A DNA stretch of 64,000 nt from the human T2T-CHM13v2.0 reference genome, Homo sapiens. Every line of letters begins with the position of its first letter. The first letter of the stretch is position 1. The translations under genes and the position numbers were made by a program. Below the pieces are notes generated by a model, which was not told the DNA's origin, did not search any database, and saw nothing but the letters and a program-made list of their open reading frames with translations. This document shows, piece after piece, positions 10,571 through 25,438 of the stretch. The DNA is taken from NCBI RefSeq assembly GCF_009914755.1, contig NC_060929.1; one strand, written 5' to 3'.

Positions 10571-12918
10571 TGCAGCCTTGGGTCCGGAGTGTACGACTTT
10601 CTGCTAGGCAGAGGTCATAAGCTCTGAAATCCATCGGGCGGAGGTGGGGAGATGGTCCTTTGGTGGGAAATTACTAGTGCTGTTATGAACACTAACACAT
10701 ATATTCCACCTTGTTTTTTTTCGAGATAGTGCTCATTATTTTCGTAGCATCTAACAGTTGTAAGTGTATCTGTGAGAGCATTCATTAGTTAACTTCAAAG
10801 GAGCATTATGCGGTCGGGTTACTATTATCCCATTTTATAGACCAGACAGCTGAGGCACCCAAGAGGCAAAGTGATTATATCAAAACTAAGCAGTCAATCC
10901 TTGTGGAATCTGTGATTAGAACTTGTCTGACTAGAGTTGTCCTTGGTCCAGTTGGTCTCTTAGTCTCAAACAAAATTTAGCTCTCAAAGATGGACGGTCT
11001 GATGCTCATTGTATTTTTATATACTCATTAATTGTTAAAACCTTTCTTAAAAAATAGAGTCAATTCCTTTCAGACTCCTGTTATAGTACCCCTAAAAGTG
11101 ATACTTGAAAGATCATAAACACTTCAGTTTCAAATGAGTGGTATCATTTGAGTCGTAGAAAGAAGTAAAATTCCGTTGTCTTTTATCTGTCAGACTTTCG
11201 TCTCTTGTATAAATGTAGTGCCACTGGCAGCCCAAAGATACTTTGGTGACAATGGCAGAAACTCTAAATATTTATTTAATAAGTAGAATCGAGGAGGCGA
11301 GCTGTTAGGTTTCCCGGAATATTTGAGTAAGTTTTTTCTCATAAAGAATCAAAAATTTAGGAGAATAGTCATTTTAATTATTGTAATGAAAAATTATCTC
11401 GTAATTGTGTACGTGTTATGTTGTACTTTATCTCTCTGGAACCATCAACAATTTACCAGTTTCCCTAGGGTTTGCTCTTAGTTTTGTCAATGGTATTTTA
11501 TTACCCCATTTTTCTTCCTCTCTTTCATTTTTTGTGTGTTTGGTTTTTCAAAGTGAAGATTTTTTCTTCGAAAATTCAAAAAATAATATTGAAAAAATCA
11601 ACAAGATTTCTTTCTTGATAAAATAGACTTAATTAGCACTTTTTTGAGTGTGTCTGAGGACCGACACCAGCCTCTTTAATAAGCACCTCATACATGAAGC
11701 AGGAATTCTTCCAGGCAAGAATGCAATAAATTAATCATTTTAATATATTTCTGTAATATGACATAGCTACCTGAATGATAATGCTTTTTACTCTTACAAT
11801 GTCTTTTTCATTAAGGAGCATAAAGATTAAAAATTTCGCTTAAATTTTGCTAACTACATAGTACAAGGGGACAGTGTGCTTAGACTTAATTGTTGCTTTC
11901 ATGGAATAAACACAGTTCTCTCTCCCTTATACCACCTCCATTTGGCCATCTGAAAAAAGAATGGTGATGTGTCCTTTCCTTCATAGGGATATTTGGGGAA
12001 TTAATGAAGTAATATCTCGAAAGTAGTTTGAACTCCACGGAAGAAAGCAGCTTTGTAACTTTGAAATGTGATTGCAGAGTCTTGAAACATTTTCCCTCCT
12101 TAAACGTGCTGTCGTTTATATTTTTAGAGAGTGGTCATTCCAAGTAGTCACCTCAGGAGGCTAAAAACTTATTCCAGTAGTGCTGCTGCCATTCATAATT
12201 ATTTTGTATTTTTTGAAATTTCTAGTCAATTTACAAGCAAAATAAAAACATTTCATGATAACATTCATAAACACTTGTTTTTGTTTCTATTTTTTAATCA
12301 AAAAACTAATTCAGCTTGAGTACCTATTTTCTTTGCTAAATTTGGCAGAATGATTTCTACATGGTTGTAAAACTCAGTTCTACCTTCAAGATTTTACCAC
12401 TATTAAGGATATTTAAAGGATTGTCCTGATGGCTACGAAGGCAGTTTTAAAAGGGCAGTTTAAAAATAGTTTAAAATAATGACAGACATTGTTAGAATTT
12501 GCAACCTTCCCAGAAGTCTACTACAAAGGGGACAGTGCTTACTTGTAGGCTGAAGTTCTGTGTGTATGTGCACATTTGCATGTAATCTCTGTTGTAACCT
12601 ATCAATTATCTCTTTTCATCACATTGATTTCTTAGAAATCAGATATTTTACTTACATATTAAATAGAGTACATTAAGTAGATCACATCATACTGGAACAA
12701 TGTTAGATTGGGAGTGTATTTCATAGAGAAGTTTGAATGTCACATAAATTTAAATTTAAATCTTTGTAACAATTTTGAATAATAAAATGTGGCTCCATAT
12801 TGTATGTTTTGAGTGTAATACAGCCAAGGCAATATAGCCTCAAAATATAAAATTGCTATTTCCAAAAAAAAAGTTATTAACAAGTTGTGTGTGCAACAGA
12901 CTTTCCTGACCACACCGA

Positions 12919-13360
12919 TGTCAAAAGAAAAAATTTCGACAAATTTAGTTTAAATATCAAATTGGCTTTTATTAGCAATTCTGAAATTGGGTAGCATCTC
13001 ATTCCATAAAATAGAATGCCATGCCCTAGGCATGGCAGAATAGTTGGTTTTTGTAAGGTGGAAACAAGGAAACAGAGTATTTTTAAAAGTCTGTTGGTTA
13101 ACATCAGATTACTTAAGGTTACTTTTAAGTGTTAAAGCAGAAGGGGCTACTTATGCCAGCTTAGGTTTACTAAGCCCTTTCCTGTTGCAGCAAATCTCCT
13201 GTTTTCAGGAAAAACTAGTTTGGTCTTTGAACTAGTTCCTTACAGTTTCAGACTGATTATGTGGCACTGAGCATGAGTGACTCCCTTTTGGTTTGATCTC
13301 TTCGGGCCTAGTGGAGGAGCTCCGTCTAAAACAACGTCCTGTTGTAAATATTATTTAACA
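12919..13360 (-). mobile_element. ERV1 MER4-group LTR, the 3' LTR of an antisense provirus remnant
   Basis: Minus strand starts TGTTAAATAATATTTACAACAGG..GAGCTCCTCCACTAGGCCC and ends TTTTCTTTTGACA; has AATAAA; a purine tract precedes it. Confidence 0.8.
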
Positions 13361-16300
13361 ATTCTGTCCTTTCAGTAAGCTTTCACCTAAGTGAGAGTGT
13401 GACCAAAACTTAGGGCATTAACGCTACTCTCAGTTACTATCATTCTGGGTTTCCAGTCTCAACATGTCATTAATAGGTTAGGTGTCCTCATTATCATAGG
13501 TTTCTTTGAGTTTTTATCATATCAGCTGGAGAGAGATCATTGACATTCAGCAGATTGCTGCATGCAGTCATTTAAAACTTTTGAGAGAATGCAGCACACT
13601 AGGGAGACTACCATTATGACTATCAGAAAGATAATACCAAGAGTTTGGAATGTGATTCTTAATCAAAGTTCCCATGAACCAAACCCACTGAAATTGGACA
13701 GATCAAAGAACGAGAAAGACAAAGAATCCACTTATTTTAACCAAGTAGCCTGTTTAATTTTTTTTGCAACTGAGTCTCTATAATACCGGAATTTATCCAT
13801 GTGCAACAATAAGTGTTACCAACTGCAAAGACTCCTCGCTCTTTGACCAGTAGAAATCTAGAGCAATTCTGTTAATACCTAGTATAACTTTAACAAGAGA
13901 ATTCAAAGAAGTCTTGTGCAGCTATAGCATTGCAGTAGAATCTTCTATAGAGGCTATTTCGCGGGATAAATTCTAATCATTACTTCATTTGTATTACTCT
14001 AAGCCATAGGAAAAGGGACCTAACAAAGCCGATCCAAAAGGGTTAATGCCTCTTGGCAGTGTTCTCTTTAATCTATGACATAGGTAAGGAGTGAGCCAGT
14101 ATTCCACTTCTGGATTATGGAGTGACAACTTACCATTTAGATTTTTAGCCCACATTGACCCTTCATCCTCTACCTGTCAAGGCATGAGGTTGCCTGTGTA
14201 TAAGGTTGGCCACAGAGTTATCCACAAATAATGATACACCCTGTGGGTGCACATAAGGACTGCTTCCCAGTTCTGTTGTTTGTGGATATATTGCTTGGAA
14301 TGGTGGATTTAGCAGTTTCTAGCCAAGGTTAAAAAACTAATATGTTTGCACTAAGTCAGTTTGAAATAAACTCTATTCAGGCTTTTGGTACAATCCTGTC
14401 TTATGATACACTCATTTGGACTTGGTTCTTGTATCCCATGACTGGATTAAATTAAAACAGGGAGAGAGAACAAGTGGGTCTAGAAATCTGACTCTATAAG
14501 AGGGACCAGTAGCACAATTTAAACAAGCAGTTGTGTTCGGGGTGTTTTTAAGTTAGCCACTGAGTAGATTAAAAGATCTTTTAAGTTATGTAAAGATTTG
14601 GGTTTGGCAGGACAGATCCAACACTCTGTGAAGTTACCTACAGAAGCAACTGGTTATGACAGTATTATCCTGCCTAGCGGAAAAGGCATAAGAAAGGAAA
14701 AATTAAGAGGGATAAGAATCTTATTATGATGGAGGATCTTTTTCTGATGTCTTGGGAAAAGCCATCCACAGTGTGAAGTCATCAGCTTCTTATCCTGGTT
14801 AACCTGATTTTTTAAGGTCTGTGGCTTAAGAAGAGAAGCAGGTGGCATCAGGAGGTGGTCTTTTATGAGGGAGATGTGAATCCAGGGGTCAACACCTTTG
14901 AGTTTAGCTGCTATGCCTGTAGTCAGGAGCACTTGGTATGGTCCTTTCCAGTGGGATTCAAGAGCAGTCTTTCTTTGAAGACATTTCGAGAACACCCAGT
15001 CACCAGGTTCCAACAAGCCTTTTTGGTTCTGTGTCTTGAAAGTCTTCCTTTACCTGTTGGTGATAACTTTTGGCATAGTGCATTAAGAATGTACAGTATT
15101 GGGTCATTTCAACATAGGTCTATTAGGGATCTACATTTGGAGTAATAGTCAACGATATAGAGTAACAAGCAGTAATTTCATAAGAAGTTAACTTGTGTTT
15201 TCCAGCACTGTGGCTCTGAAGAGTCATAAGAGCCAGAGACAGAATTTTAGGCCAAAGAAGGCTAGTGGTTTCAGAAAAGTTGGAAATTCTGAGGTTAAGT
15301 ATCCCATTCATTTTATCGACCTTACCAGAGGACTGAGGGGGATAACGACAATGATAATGCTAGACTGTTTGTAAAAATTTAAGTAGAGCATGAATTAACT
15401 GTCCAGTAAAATGAGTGGCTCAGTTACTTGAAATGGCATTCAGTATATACCGCAGGTGTGAAGTACTACTTTTGGCAGTTTTGTTTTACAGTAAGGGCAT
15501 TGTCAGCCTTTTGACATGGGAAGGCCTGAGCCCATCCAGAGAACATATAGACTATAACAGGCACATACAGACTATTGCAAGTACATGCTTGGTGGGAGTG
15601 GATGAAGTCTCATTGTACATGTTCAAATGGGCCTAATGGTTGGAGTGAGGGGTGGTCATTCCAGGGGAACTTTCTTGGATTATGAGTTTGCCAGCTTAAA
15701 TATTGATTTTAAATAGCTTTTATAACTTTATAACAATTTTCCCACCACAACTTTTTGATCATTTGATCTATCTTGTCAGTACCATTATGGATAAGGGAAT
15801 GTAAGAAGCATAACAAATATCCCTTAAGTGACCTTTGGAGTACCAAGTGGCTGTCTTGGCCTTCCCAGAACTTGGAAAGGAAATTATAAGAACATCCTTC
15901 TCATTCCTAAAATTTGTTTTAATTTTTAGAGGCCTTCTCCACCCCGCCCCCCCACCAATAACTAACAGCATCTGGGTATAAGGAAGCAAAGTTAAGTAGC
16001 AGGGAGCATGTCTTACTGTTTCCAGCTGTTGGATTTAGGTAAAAGACCTCACAGAGTTGGGTAACATCTTTGGCACAAAAATCAGTTGGAGTACTTACCT
16101 GCTATTCAGCCTCAGTTCTCTTTGTTTGAGCTTCTTCTTTTATAACAGTAATGTCTTTGGGCATCAGTATCCAGCAAGGAGCTTATCAACTTGTGGGCCA
16201 CTTTTTATTGGTATGCCTGAAAAAGTGAGGAAACATCTTTGCTTCCAAAGTGTTTCAAAATCACAAACCACTTCAAATGCATAGTGACTGTTAGCGTAAA

Positions 16301-17190
16301 TGCTGACAGACTGATTTTTAGGTAAAATTCAGGCACAGGTATGTGTGTGAGTACTCCCCAGTGCCTGCTTTAATGTACAAAAAGGATTACAGGTTTTGAA
16401 TCATTGGGCAATTCTAAAGCAGGGGGCTGGGGGTTGTTGTACTACCCTTTTTCATTCTACAAAGGCTGCCTCATGTCTCCCCCCACCCCCCACAAGGAAT
16501 GGGTTTAGGAACTGAATTTTTAGTGAGTTCAATAAGTTGGGATGCTAAGAGTAAAGATTTAGGAACCTGTAGATGGCAATATGCAACTAACTCTACTAAC
16601 ATATTAAGTTGTCTCTTAGTTCTGGGCCTGGGAAAATCGTGGATGAGCCTAAGTTTATTAGGAGACTTGGATACTTGCAGCACTTAGATCATGTCTTAAA
16701 TAGTAAATAGTATCTGATGATAAATGTAATTTTTCTATGGAGACGTTATGTCCTTTCTCTGTTAACTGTTAATATGTAGATGAAATACTCTTAGGATGCC
16801 TCCTCAGTGCACGAACAAAGAGGTCCTCCGTGTATTGCAGGAGAGTTGACCCTCGATACTGGAGGGTGTGCTCAAGTCTTGATGGAGCACTTGAGAGAAG
16901 TAGGAGGGGGCTTCAGTGAACCCCTGAGGCATGACTGTCCAGGTACACTGTTGATTATTCCAGGTGAAAGCAAATAGATATTGACTGTCATGGTCAGTGG
17001 GAATGCTAAAAAAGGCTGAACATAGTTCTACCACTGTCAACTGTTTAGAATTCAGGGGACCTGGGATAAAAGAGTATTTGGGTTTGGAACCACTGGGAAA
17101 TGTTAAATAATTATCCTGGTAATGACTCTTAGATCCAGACAAATTGCCATCCTTGCCTGTTAGATTTTTGTCCCTAGTATACAGCAAACT
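13361..17190 (-). pseudogene. Decayed ERV1 (MER4-group) internal region, pol and env remnants
   Basis: RT VVELCSAFFSIP...QYLFAFTW...WTVMPQGFTEAPSYF (16804-17196 ORF); integrase C-terminus WKGPYQVLLTT (14654-15016); env HRLKR furin site and frameshifted LNSLVKV..NRIALD..NTYCCTWIN (~13790-14075). Confidence 0.88.
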
Positions 17191-17814
17191 GTACAAAAAA
17201 TAGAATCATATTAACCAAAACCAAATATCCTTGATACAGTATATATTAACCATTTAATTAAGGTTTTTATTTTCTTTTACAGAGACAAATTTTAATTACT
17301 TGAATTCCCAGCCAAAGTAGAAACCACCCAATAACATTTAAATGAGAATAATTTTACATATTTCTTGAATGTATCTTGAATGTATATACAATTTTTGTTG
17401 TCATATTTTTGTAAATAGCCATTTAATTTCACTGTACTTTTATTTATAATTGACACATTTTTGACATATATTGTACATATTTGGGGGTACAGTGTGATGT
17501 TCTGATACATGTATATGTTGTATGATGATTAAATCAAGGTATTTATTACCTCAAAGATTTTTCATTTATAGTGAGAACATTCAAAATTCTCTCTTCTTGG
17601 TATTTTGAAATATATACAATATAGTGTCGTTAACTATAGTCATCTTGCTATGCAGTAGATCACCAAAACTTATTCCTTGTACGTAACTGCAAGTTCGTAC
17701 CTATTGACCAATCTCTCTCCCTCCTCCTTTCCCTTTCCCCTTTCCCTTTTCCCTCTCTCCCCTTTTCTACTTCCCAGATTCTGGTGACTGCTGTTTTCCT
17801 CCCTACTTCTATAG

Positions 17815-18117
<303 letters not shown>

Positions 18118-18991
18118 TGACATAACTGTTTTAGGTTGCACATGAGTGAGATTTTGCAGATTTTGTCTTTCTGTGCTTGGTTTATTTCACTTAATATAAT
18201 GTCCTCCAGACTCATCCATGTTGCCACAAATGACAGGACTTCATCCCTTTTTTTGGCTGAATAGTGTTCCATTGTGTATATATACCACATTTTCTTTATC
18301 CATTCATTCTTTGATGGACACTTAGATTGATTCCATATCTTGGGTATTGTGAATAGTACTGTAATAAACATGGGAGTGCTGATGTCTCTTCAGCATACTG
18401 ATTTCATTTCCTTTGGATATATACCCAGAAGTGGGATAGCTGGATCATGTTGAAGTTCACTATTAATTTTTTGAGGAACCTCCATACTGTCTTCAATAAT
18501 GGCTGGACAAATTTACATTCCCACCAACAGTATGTAAGAATTCCTCGTTCTTCATATACATTCCAGCATTTGTTATTTTTTTTTCTTTTTGATAACAGCC
18601 ATTCTAATTGGGGTGAGATTATGTCTCATTGTGATTTTAATTTACATTTATATTTACCAAACAGTTAGTGATCGTTGAGCATTTTATCATATACCCGTTG
18701 GCCATTTATATGTCTTCTTTTGACATCTATTCAGGTCTTTTGCCCATTTTTGATCAGATTATTATTATTTTACTGTTGAGTTAAGTTCCTTATATCTTCT
18801 GGATATTAACTCAGATGCATAGTTTGCGAATATTTTTCCCATTCTATAGGTTCTGTTTATCGATTGTGTCCTTTGGTGTGCAGAAACTTTTTAGTTAAAT
18901 ATAAATATAATCCTGCTTGTCTATTTTTGTTTCTGTTGCCTGTGTTTTTGAGGTCTTATCCAAAAAATCATTGCTCAGACCAAGGTCATAA

Positions 18992-19370
<379 letters not shown>

Positions 19371-21625
19371 AATCCGTTTCTATTTTGAGGTGATTTTTTT
19401 TCATATGGTAGAAGACGGGGGTTTAGTTCGTTCTTCTACATGTGGATATTCAGTTTTTCCAGTATCATTTATTTAAGAGACAGTCCTTTTCCTAACATGT
19501 GCTTATTATACCTTTATCAAAAATCAGTTGGTTGTAAGTGTGTGGATTTATTTCTATATTCTCAATTCTCTTCCATTGGCTTTTCTATTTTTATAGCAGT
19601 ACCATACCATTTTGATTACTATAGTTTTGTAGTATATTTTGAAGCCAGATAATATGATCTCCAGCTTTATTCTTTTTGCTCAAGATTACTTTGGCTATTT
19701 GGGGTCTTTCGTGGTTCTGTATGAATTTTAGGATTTTTTTTCATTGCTTTGAAAAATGTCATTGGTATTTTTATAGGGATTGCATTAAATCTGTAGATTG
19801 CCTTGAGTACTGTGGACACTTTAACAATCTAATCCATGAACACAGAATATCTTTCTATATATTTGCATCCTCTTCAATTTCTTTTATCGATATTTTATAA
19901 TTTTTACAATAGAGATCTTTCACATGCTTGGTTAAATTTATTTCCAGGCATCTAATTTTTTGTAGTTATTGCAAATGAGATTGCATTCTTGGTTTCTTTT
20001 TCAGATAATTCTCTATTGGCACATAGAAATGCTACTGAATTTATATATTGATTTTGTATCTTACAACTTTACTGAATTTGGTAATTAGTTCTAACAGTTT
20101 TTTGGTGGAGTCTTTAGGATTTTATAAATCCTGGAAGATTTTGAGAAGAACTGGTATTAGTCTTGAAATGTTTGATAGAATTCAGCAGTGAAGCCCACAA
20201 ATCCTGGGCCTTTACTTTGATGTGAGACTTTTTATTACTGAGTCAATCTCCTCATTTATTATTGGTCTTAATGTAAAGGTTTTCTATTTCTTCATAGTTC
20301 AATCTTGGTAGGTCGTATATATCTAGGAATTTGTCAGTTTGTTTTCAGTTTTCCAATTTATTGGCATATAGTTTTCATAATATTTTCCTTTGTATTTCTG
20401 TAGTATCATTTGTAATATCCCCTTTTTCATTTCTAATTTTATTTGAGTCTCCTATCTTCTTTTTCTTAAGGTTCTGTTAATTTTGTTTATCTTTCCAGAA
20501 AACCAGCTCTGTTGTGCTTATCTTTTGTATTGTTCTTTTTAGTCTCTTCTCGAAAAAATCCCTTTTTGTGGGGAATGCCAGGTACTTCTAGTCAGCCATC
20601 TTGATGACATCACTATTAACAAGGTGTTTTCTTGCTTTCTTAGATTTTTAGAAAATTTTTGAGAAATGACGGCTGAGTTTCATAAAAAAGCTGGCTGAGG
20701 AAATTGAAACTCCTGAGTTTTTTAATCTTGATAAATTTTTCCATAGCAAGCAGAAATACTGGAGAACATTCTGTTAGTAACTGAATTGTCCTTATGTTTT
20801 ATAATCTCTTTACCTGATTAGTTCACTGATGGTTTGATATCTGGAAAACCTTAGAAACAACCACAGCTGTTTAAAAGCAGCTTTAAAACATCCTTGGTAA
20901 AATTGCTGAAATAAACAGTGAGGCTTGTTCTGAATGAGAATTGCCTAGCCTATTCAGAAACCTGTTGAAAAAATGTATCCTAGAGGCCAAAATTGAAGTA
21001 TGGACACATATTTTGGGCAGCAAGGAATGAAGAGAATAGACGTGTGGGCCAATGGTATTATAGGTAAATTGGGGGCTGTCTACTCAAAGTTTGTTTAATA
21101 GAGTTAGAAATTAACTGCATAAGGAGAACTTCTATCTTTCTGGCCAAATTTTGCTCAGATCTCTGGTTTCAAGGTGGAATTTGTTAATTCTCAGACTGTT
21201 TTCTGATGATACGTGAAGTGTATAATAGATATTTGTATAGCTACACGTGTCTGACTTAGAACTACTAAGGCTGTAGAGTCAGAAATAAAGCTTTCTCTGC
21301 TCAAGTCAAACATTATACTTACTGCTAGCCAAACAACCCTACACATTCCCGACTTAGTGTTTTGGCTTATTTATTTTCCTTGTTTTAGATGTCCATATCT
21401 CTTCATTCTACTTGGCTGATGCTATTTAAATCCCCTCTATACTTTAAGACCCAACTGGAAGACTACTCTCTTCACAAAGCTTTCCCTGACTCCCTAATTC
21501 TTGTTTCTTGCCCTTAGTTTATCTGATACTACTTAATTGCTAGTTATTTTCTGTGTTCTCAATTATTTTACTTATTTTGGCCATGAACTTGTTCTCTATC
21601 TAGATTTTTTTCAAAGGCATAAATT

Positions 21626-21630
<5 letters not shown>

Positions 21631-21672
<42 letters not shown>
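21631..21672. repeat. (AT)21 microsatellite
   Basis: Perfect AT run. Confidence 0.97.
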
Positions 21673-21676
<4 letters not shown>

Positions 21677-22029
21677 TTATTTCTTTCCTGAGTCATACAT
21701 AATACCTAGAACAGTGGTTAATAGCAGTATATGTCAGCTTATAAGGTTAGATCTACAGAAGAAATTTATTACTCTGATACTCTGGTATAAAGCATAACTT
21801 AGTAATGTTAGTCAGTGTTCTGGTAGAAAATAGATGACATACTCAGATGAGGTAACTGAGATGAGTTTAATTTAAATAGGTGTCTCTAGGTTAAAATAAA
21901 CCAACAATGGATGGTGAAGCACCCCAAGACTAGCAATAATGAGAGTCATTATCATCCCTAGGCTTGAAGAGGCAAAAGAAGGACCATTACTGAAACCCAC
22001 ATGGAAACTATGTAGAAAAGGCTGCCTGG

Positions 22030-22326
<297 letters not shown>

Positions 22327-23319
22327 AGAAAAGCCTGCCTGACAAGAACTCTGGCCTTTCTATGATCTGACAGGGGAGCACCAGAGGGAATATATATACC
22401 CCAGCCTCACGCTTTTCCAGTCCTTTGATCTCCACCTGATGCTTTCCATTGGCAGACAATATTGGAAGCCAAAAGGCAAGAGAGCCTTGATGTAGCAGTC
22501 CAAAAGTCAGCCTCCTGGGAATTAGAGCAAAGTTAAGAAGGTAAAGAGTAGACTCTGGAATGTGGAGCAAAGAATATCCAGCACTGTAATCATATCAAGA
22601 GAGTGTTTCAGTTACAGTTAATGTTTTATGCCTGTTTGTGCTGTTTTTATTTCTTGAAAGGCACCTATGTTTTTCTAGTCTAATTCAGTTACTAACATCC
22701 AAGAACATTGTATGATTGATGCATTGCATATGAAACGCAGCTACTGTCCTCTTTTCTTGTGGTATTAACTTGTGTAGTATTGTTAAATGTGTCTTCTTAA
22801 TTTATTTTTTTATATTTTTCTATTGCTTGTACAGTGCATAGGTAGAATACATGGAACTGTCCACATAGCCATTAGGAAAACTGTACCTTCACCATTCCAA
22901 CTACATATTTTTTCTAAATCAATCAGCGTTGCTCATTTTTCTTTTTGTGTCATTTTCATAGACAAGTGGTTTTCAGTCTTATTGTGTATATGGTCCTCAA
23001 TGCAGACATTTTGATTCAAGCAGGTTTAAGATGAGGCCTGAGCGTCTATTCTTTTAAAAAAAACCTTTCAGATATTTCAGATGCACAATAAATGAGAACT
23101 ACTTGCCCAGGTTATCATTTTGACCCAGGTGTTGTTGCTGCTCCTTCCCCACTCCCCAATATATATCATACTTTTTAGTAACTAAGGCTTAAATGGAAAT
23201 CGAATGCTACTTTATGTGCTCTTCAAAGCAAAATAAATGTTTCATATTTTTCATATTCACAAATACTTATGGGATAGAAAATATGTGGTTTGCAGATTCC
23301 TAATAAAAAATTTAATTTT

Positions 23320-24360
23320 TTAAATAAAATATTTCAAATTTACGATATAGAGAATAATATACTGAACATCTGTGTGTTCTCACCACTTAGTATTAGAAAA
23401 TATTAATGTTTTACTATTTTTCCTTTTTTGTTTTAAAAATAAAAATGCAGATAAAATTTAAGCCCCCTTTGGTTTCTTCCTAGAGGTTACTATTCTAAAC
23501 TTGGTGTCTGTCATTCCTGTGCATGTTCTTATGCTTTTGCTACACATGCATGTATCAATAAACAAAATATTACTTTGTTTTACATGCTTTAAAACTTTTT
23601 ATAAATCTTACTGTGCTGTGTTATTCTTTAATGTGTATATTTCTGCAGCCTTTTTACTTAAAATAACTTTGATTTTTTTCTAGATACATACAGCTTTATT
23701 ACTTTTCATTGCTATATAGTATTCCATTGTATGAATGAACAAATATTTATCAAATCAATTGATGCACATTTGGGTTGTTTCCAGTTTTTTTATATTATTG
23801 CAAAGTGTTGCTAAAATGAACATTCCCATATGATATGTTTCCTTATTCATATACAAACCTAGAAGTAGAACTGCACATCCATGGATAGACATATTTTATT
23901 TTATCAGACATTATCAAATTGCTTTCCAAAATGATTGTGCCTAGTTATACCTCCCCGTAGCAGTTTTTGAGATTCTTCTTGTTGCTCCAGATCATTTTTA
24001 TAGTTGGTATTGTAAGACTTTTTAATTTTTCCCAGTGTGATGAGTGTGAACGGGAACCTTGTTTTATTTTTCATTTTCCTGATTTCTGGTGAGGTTGAAC
24101 ACTTTTTATATAATTGTTGGCCATTTGGCTTTCCTCCTCTAGGAACTGCACTTCCATACTCCTTGTTCATTTTTCTGCTGGATAATTTTCTTTTAAAAAA
24201 TTTGTTTTGTAGAATTAATTGTAGCTATTAACCATTTGCTTATATTTGCAGATTTCTTCTTCCAGTCTGTGGGTTGTCATTAATTTTGTCTTTTCTTATA
24301 CTGAAGTTAAAATTTTATCAGTGTTTCACTTTGCCATTTTATTCTACTCTGTTTTTTGAA
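23320..24360 (-). mobile_element. Old L1ME-type fragment
   Basis: ATAGTATTCCATTGTATGAAT, CATTTGGGTTGTTTCCAG and GGTGAGGTTGAACAC antisense L1 motifs. Confidence 0.7.
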
Positions 24361-24996
24361 ACATGACCCAGCCTATAGTCACAAGTTTGAGCTCAAGGTT
24401 TGCAGCTTTCTGTAATATCTTACTTTCAAAATTTGTTTGTAGATAAGGCAGGGTATAAATAAATAAATGAAGAAGTAAACATGCCATACAATTGCTCATT
24501 AAAATTTGTGTAAAATTATGAATTTTTAAAAAATTATGTGAAGACTCCTTCTGGTTCAGAAATGGCAGCTAGCAGCCTCCAGTGTACCATTTTCTCATTT
24601 TTCATTAAGTTCCTATGAAGATGTAGAATAAAATCAAAATTTACCACAAAACCAAAACTTAAAAACTTCAAAAACACAGAAAGCAGGAGGAAGTACCTTA
24701 ATTAAGAAGCATATGGTCTTAGGTTGAGAGGAATTTCTCTACTTTAGCACCTGCATACCCCACCCTTGCCTCAAGATATAAACAACCTGATAGATACAAG
24801 CTAAGAGGCATTATTCTTCCCCTGTAGTCAATTCCTTCATAGAACTTCTACCAACGGCAAAATGGAAAGACATCCCTTTTCGCCTCTCAGATTCTCAGAT
24901 ACTACTCTGTGAGGCAGAAACTGCTGAATTTCTTTCATTTCCTGTGTTCCCAGCAAATTCCAGGAAGCTACTAGGCAGAAGGGGAATTTGTCATGT

Positions 24997-25438
24997 TGTA
25001 TTAGGGTTCTCTAGAGGGGCAGAACTAACAAGTCTGGATCCCAAAACCTCAAAAGTAGGGAAGCCAACAATGCAGCCTTCAGTCTGTCGCTGAAGGCTTG
25101 AGAGCCCATGGCAAACCACTGGTATAGGTCCAAGAGTCCAAAAGCTGAAGAACTTGGAGTCTGATGTTCGAGGGTAGGAAGTATCCAGCACACAAGAAAA
25201 ATGAAGGCTGGATGACTCAGCAAGCCTGCTCCTTCCACGTTCTTCTGCCTGCTTTGTTCTAGCCTCGCTGGCAGCTGATTAGATGGTGCCACCCAAATTA
25301 AGGGTGAGTCTGTCTGTCTTTCCCGGTCCACTGACTCAAATGTTAATCTCCTTTGGTAACACCCTCACAGACACACCCAGGAACAATACTTTGCATCCTA
25401 CAATCCAATCAAGTTGACACTCAGTATTAACCATCACA
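24997..25438 (-). mobile_element. MLT2A (HERV-L) solo LTR, internally deleted
   Basis: Minus strand starts TGTGATGGTTAATACTGAGTGTCAACTTGATTGGATTG and ends AGAGAACCCTAATACA; degenerate TSD CATGT/CGTGG. Confidence 0.9.
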
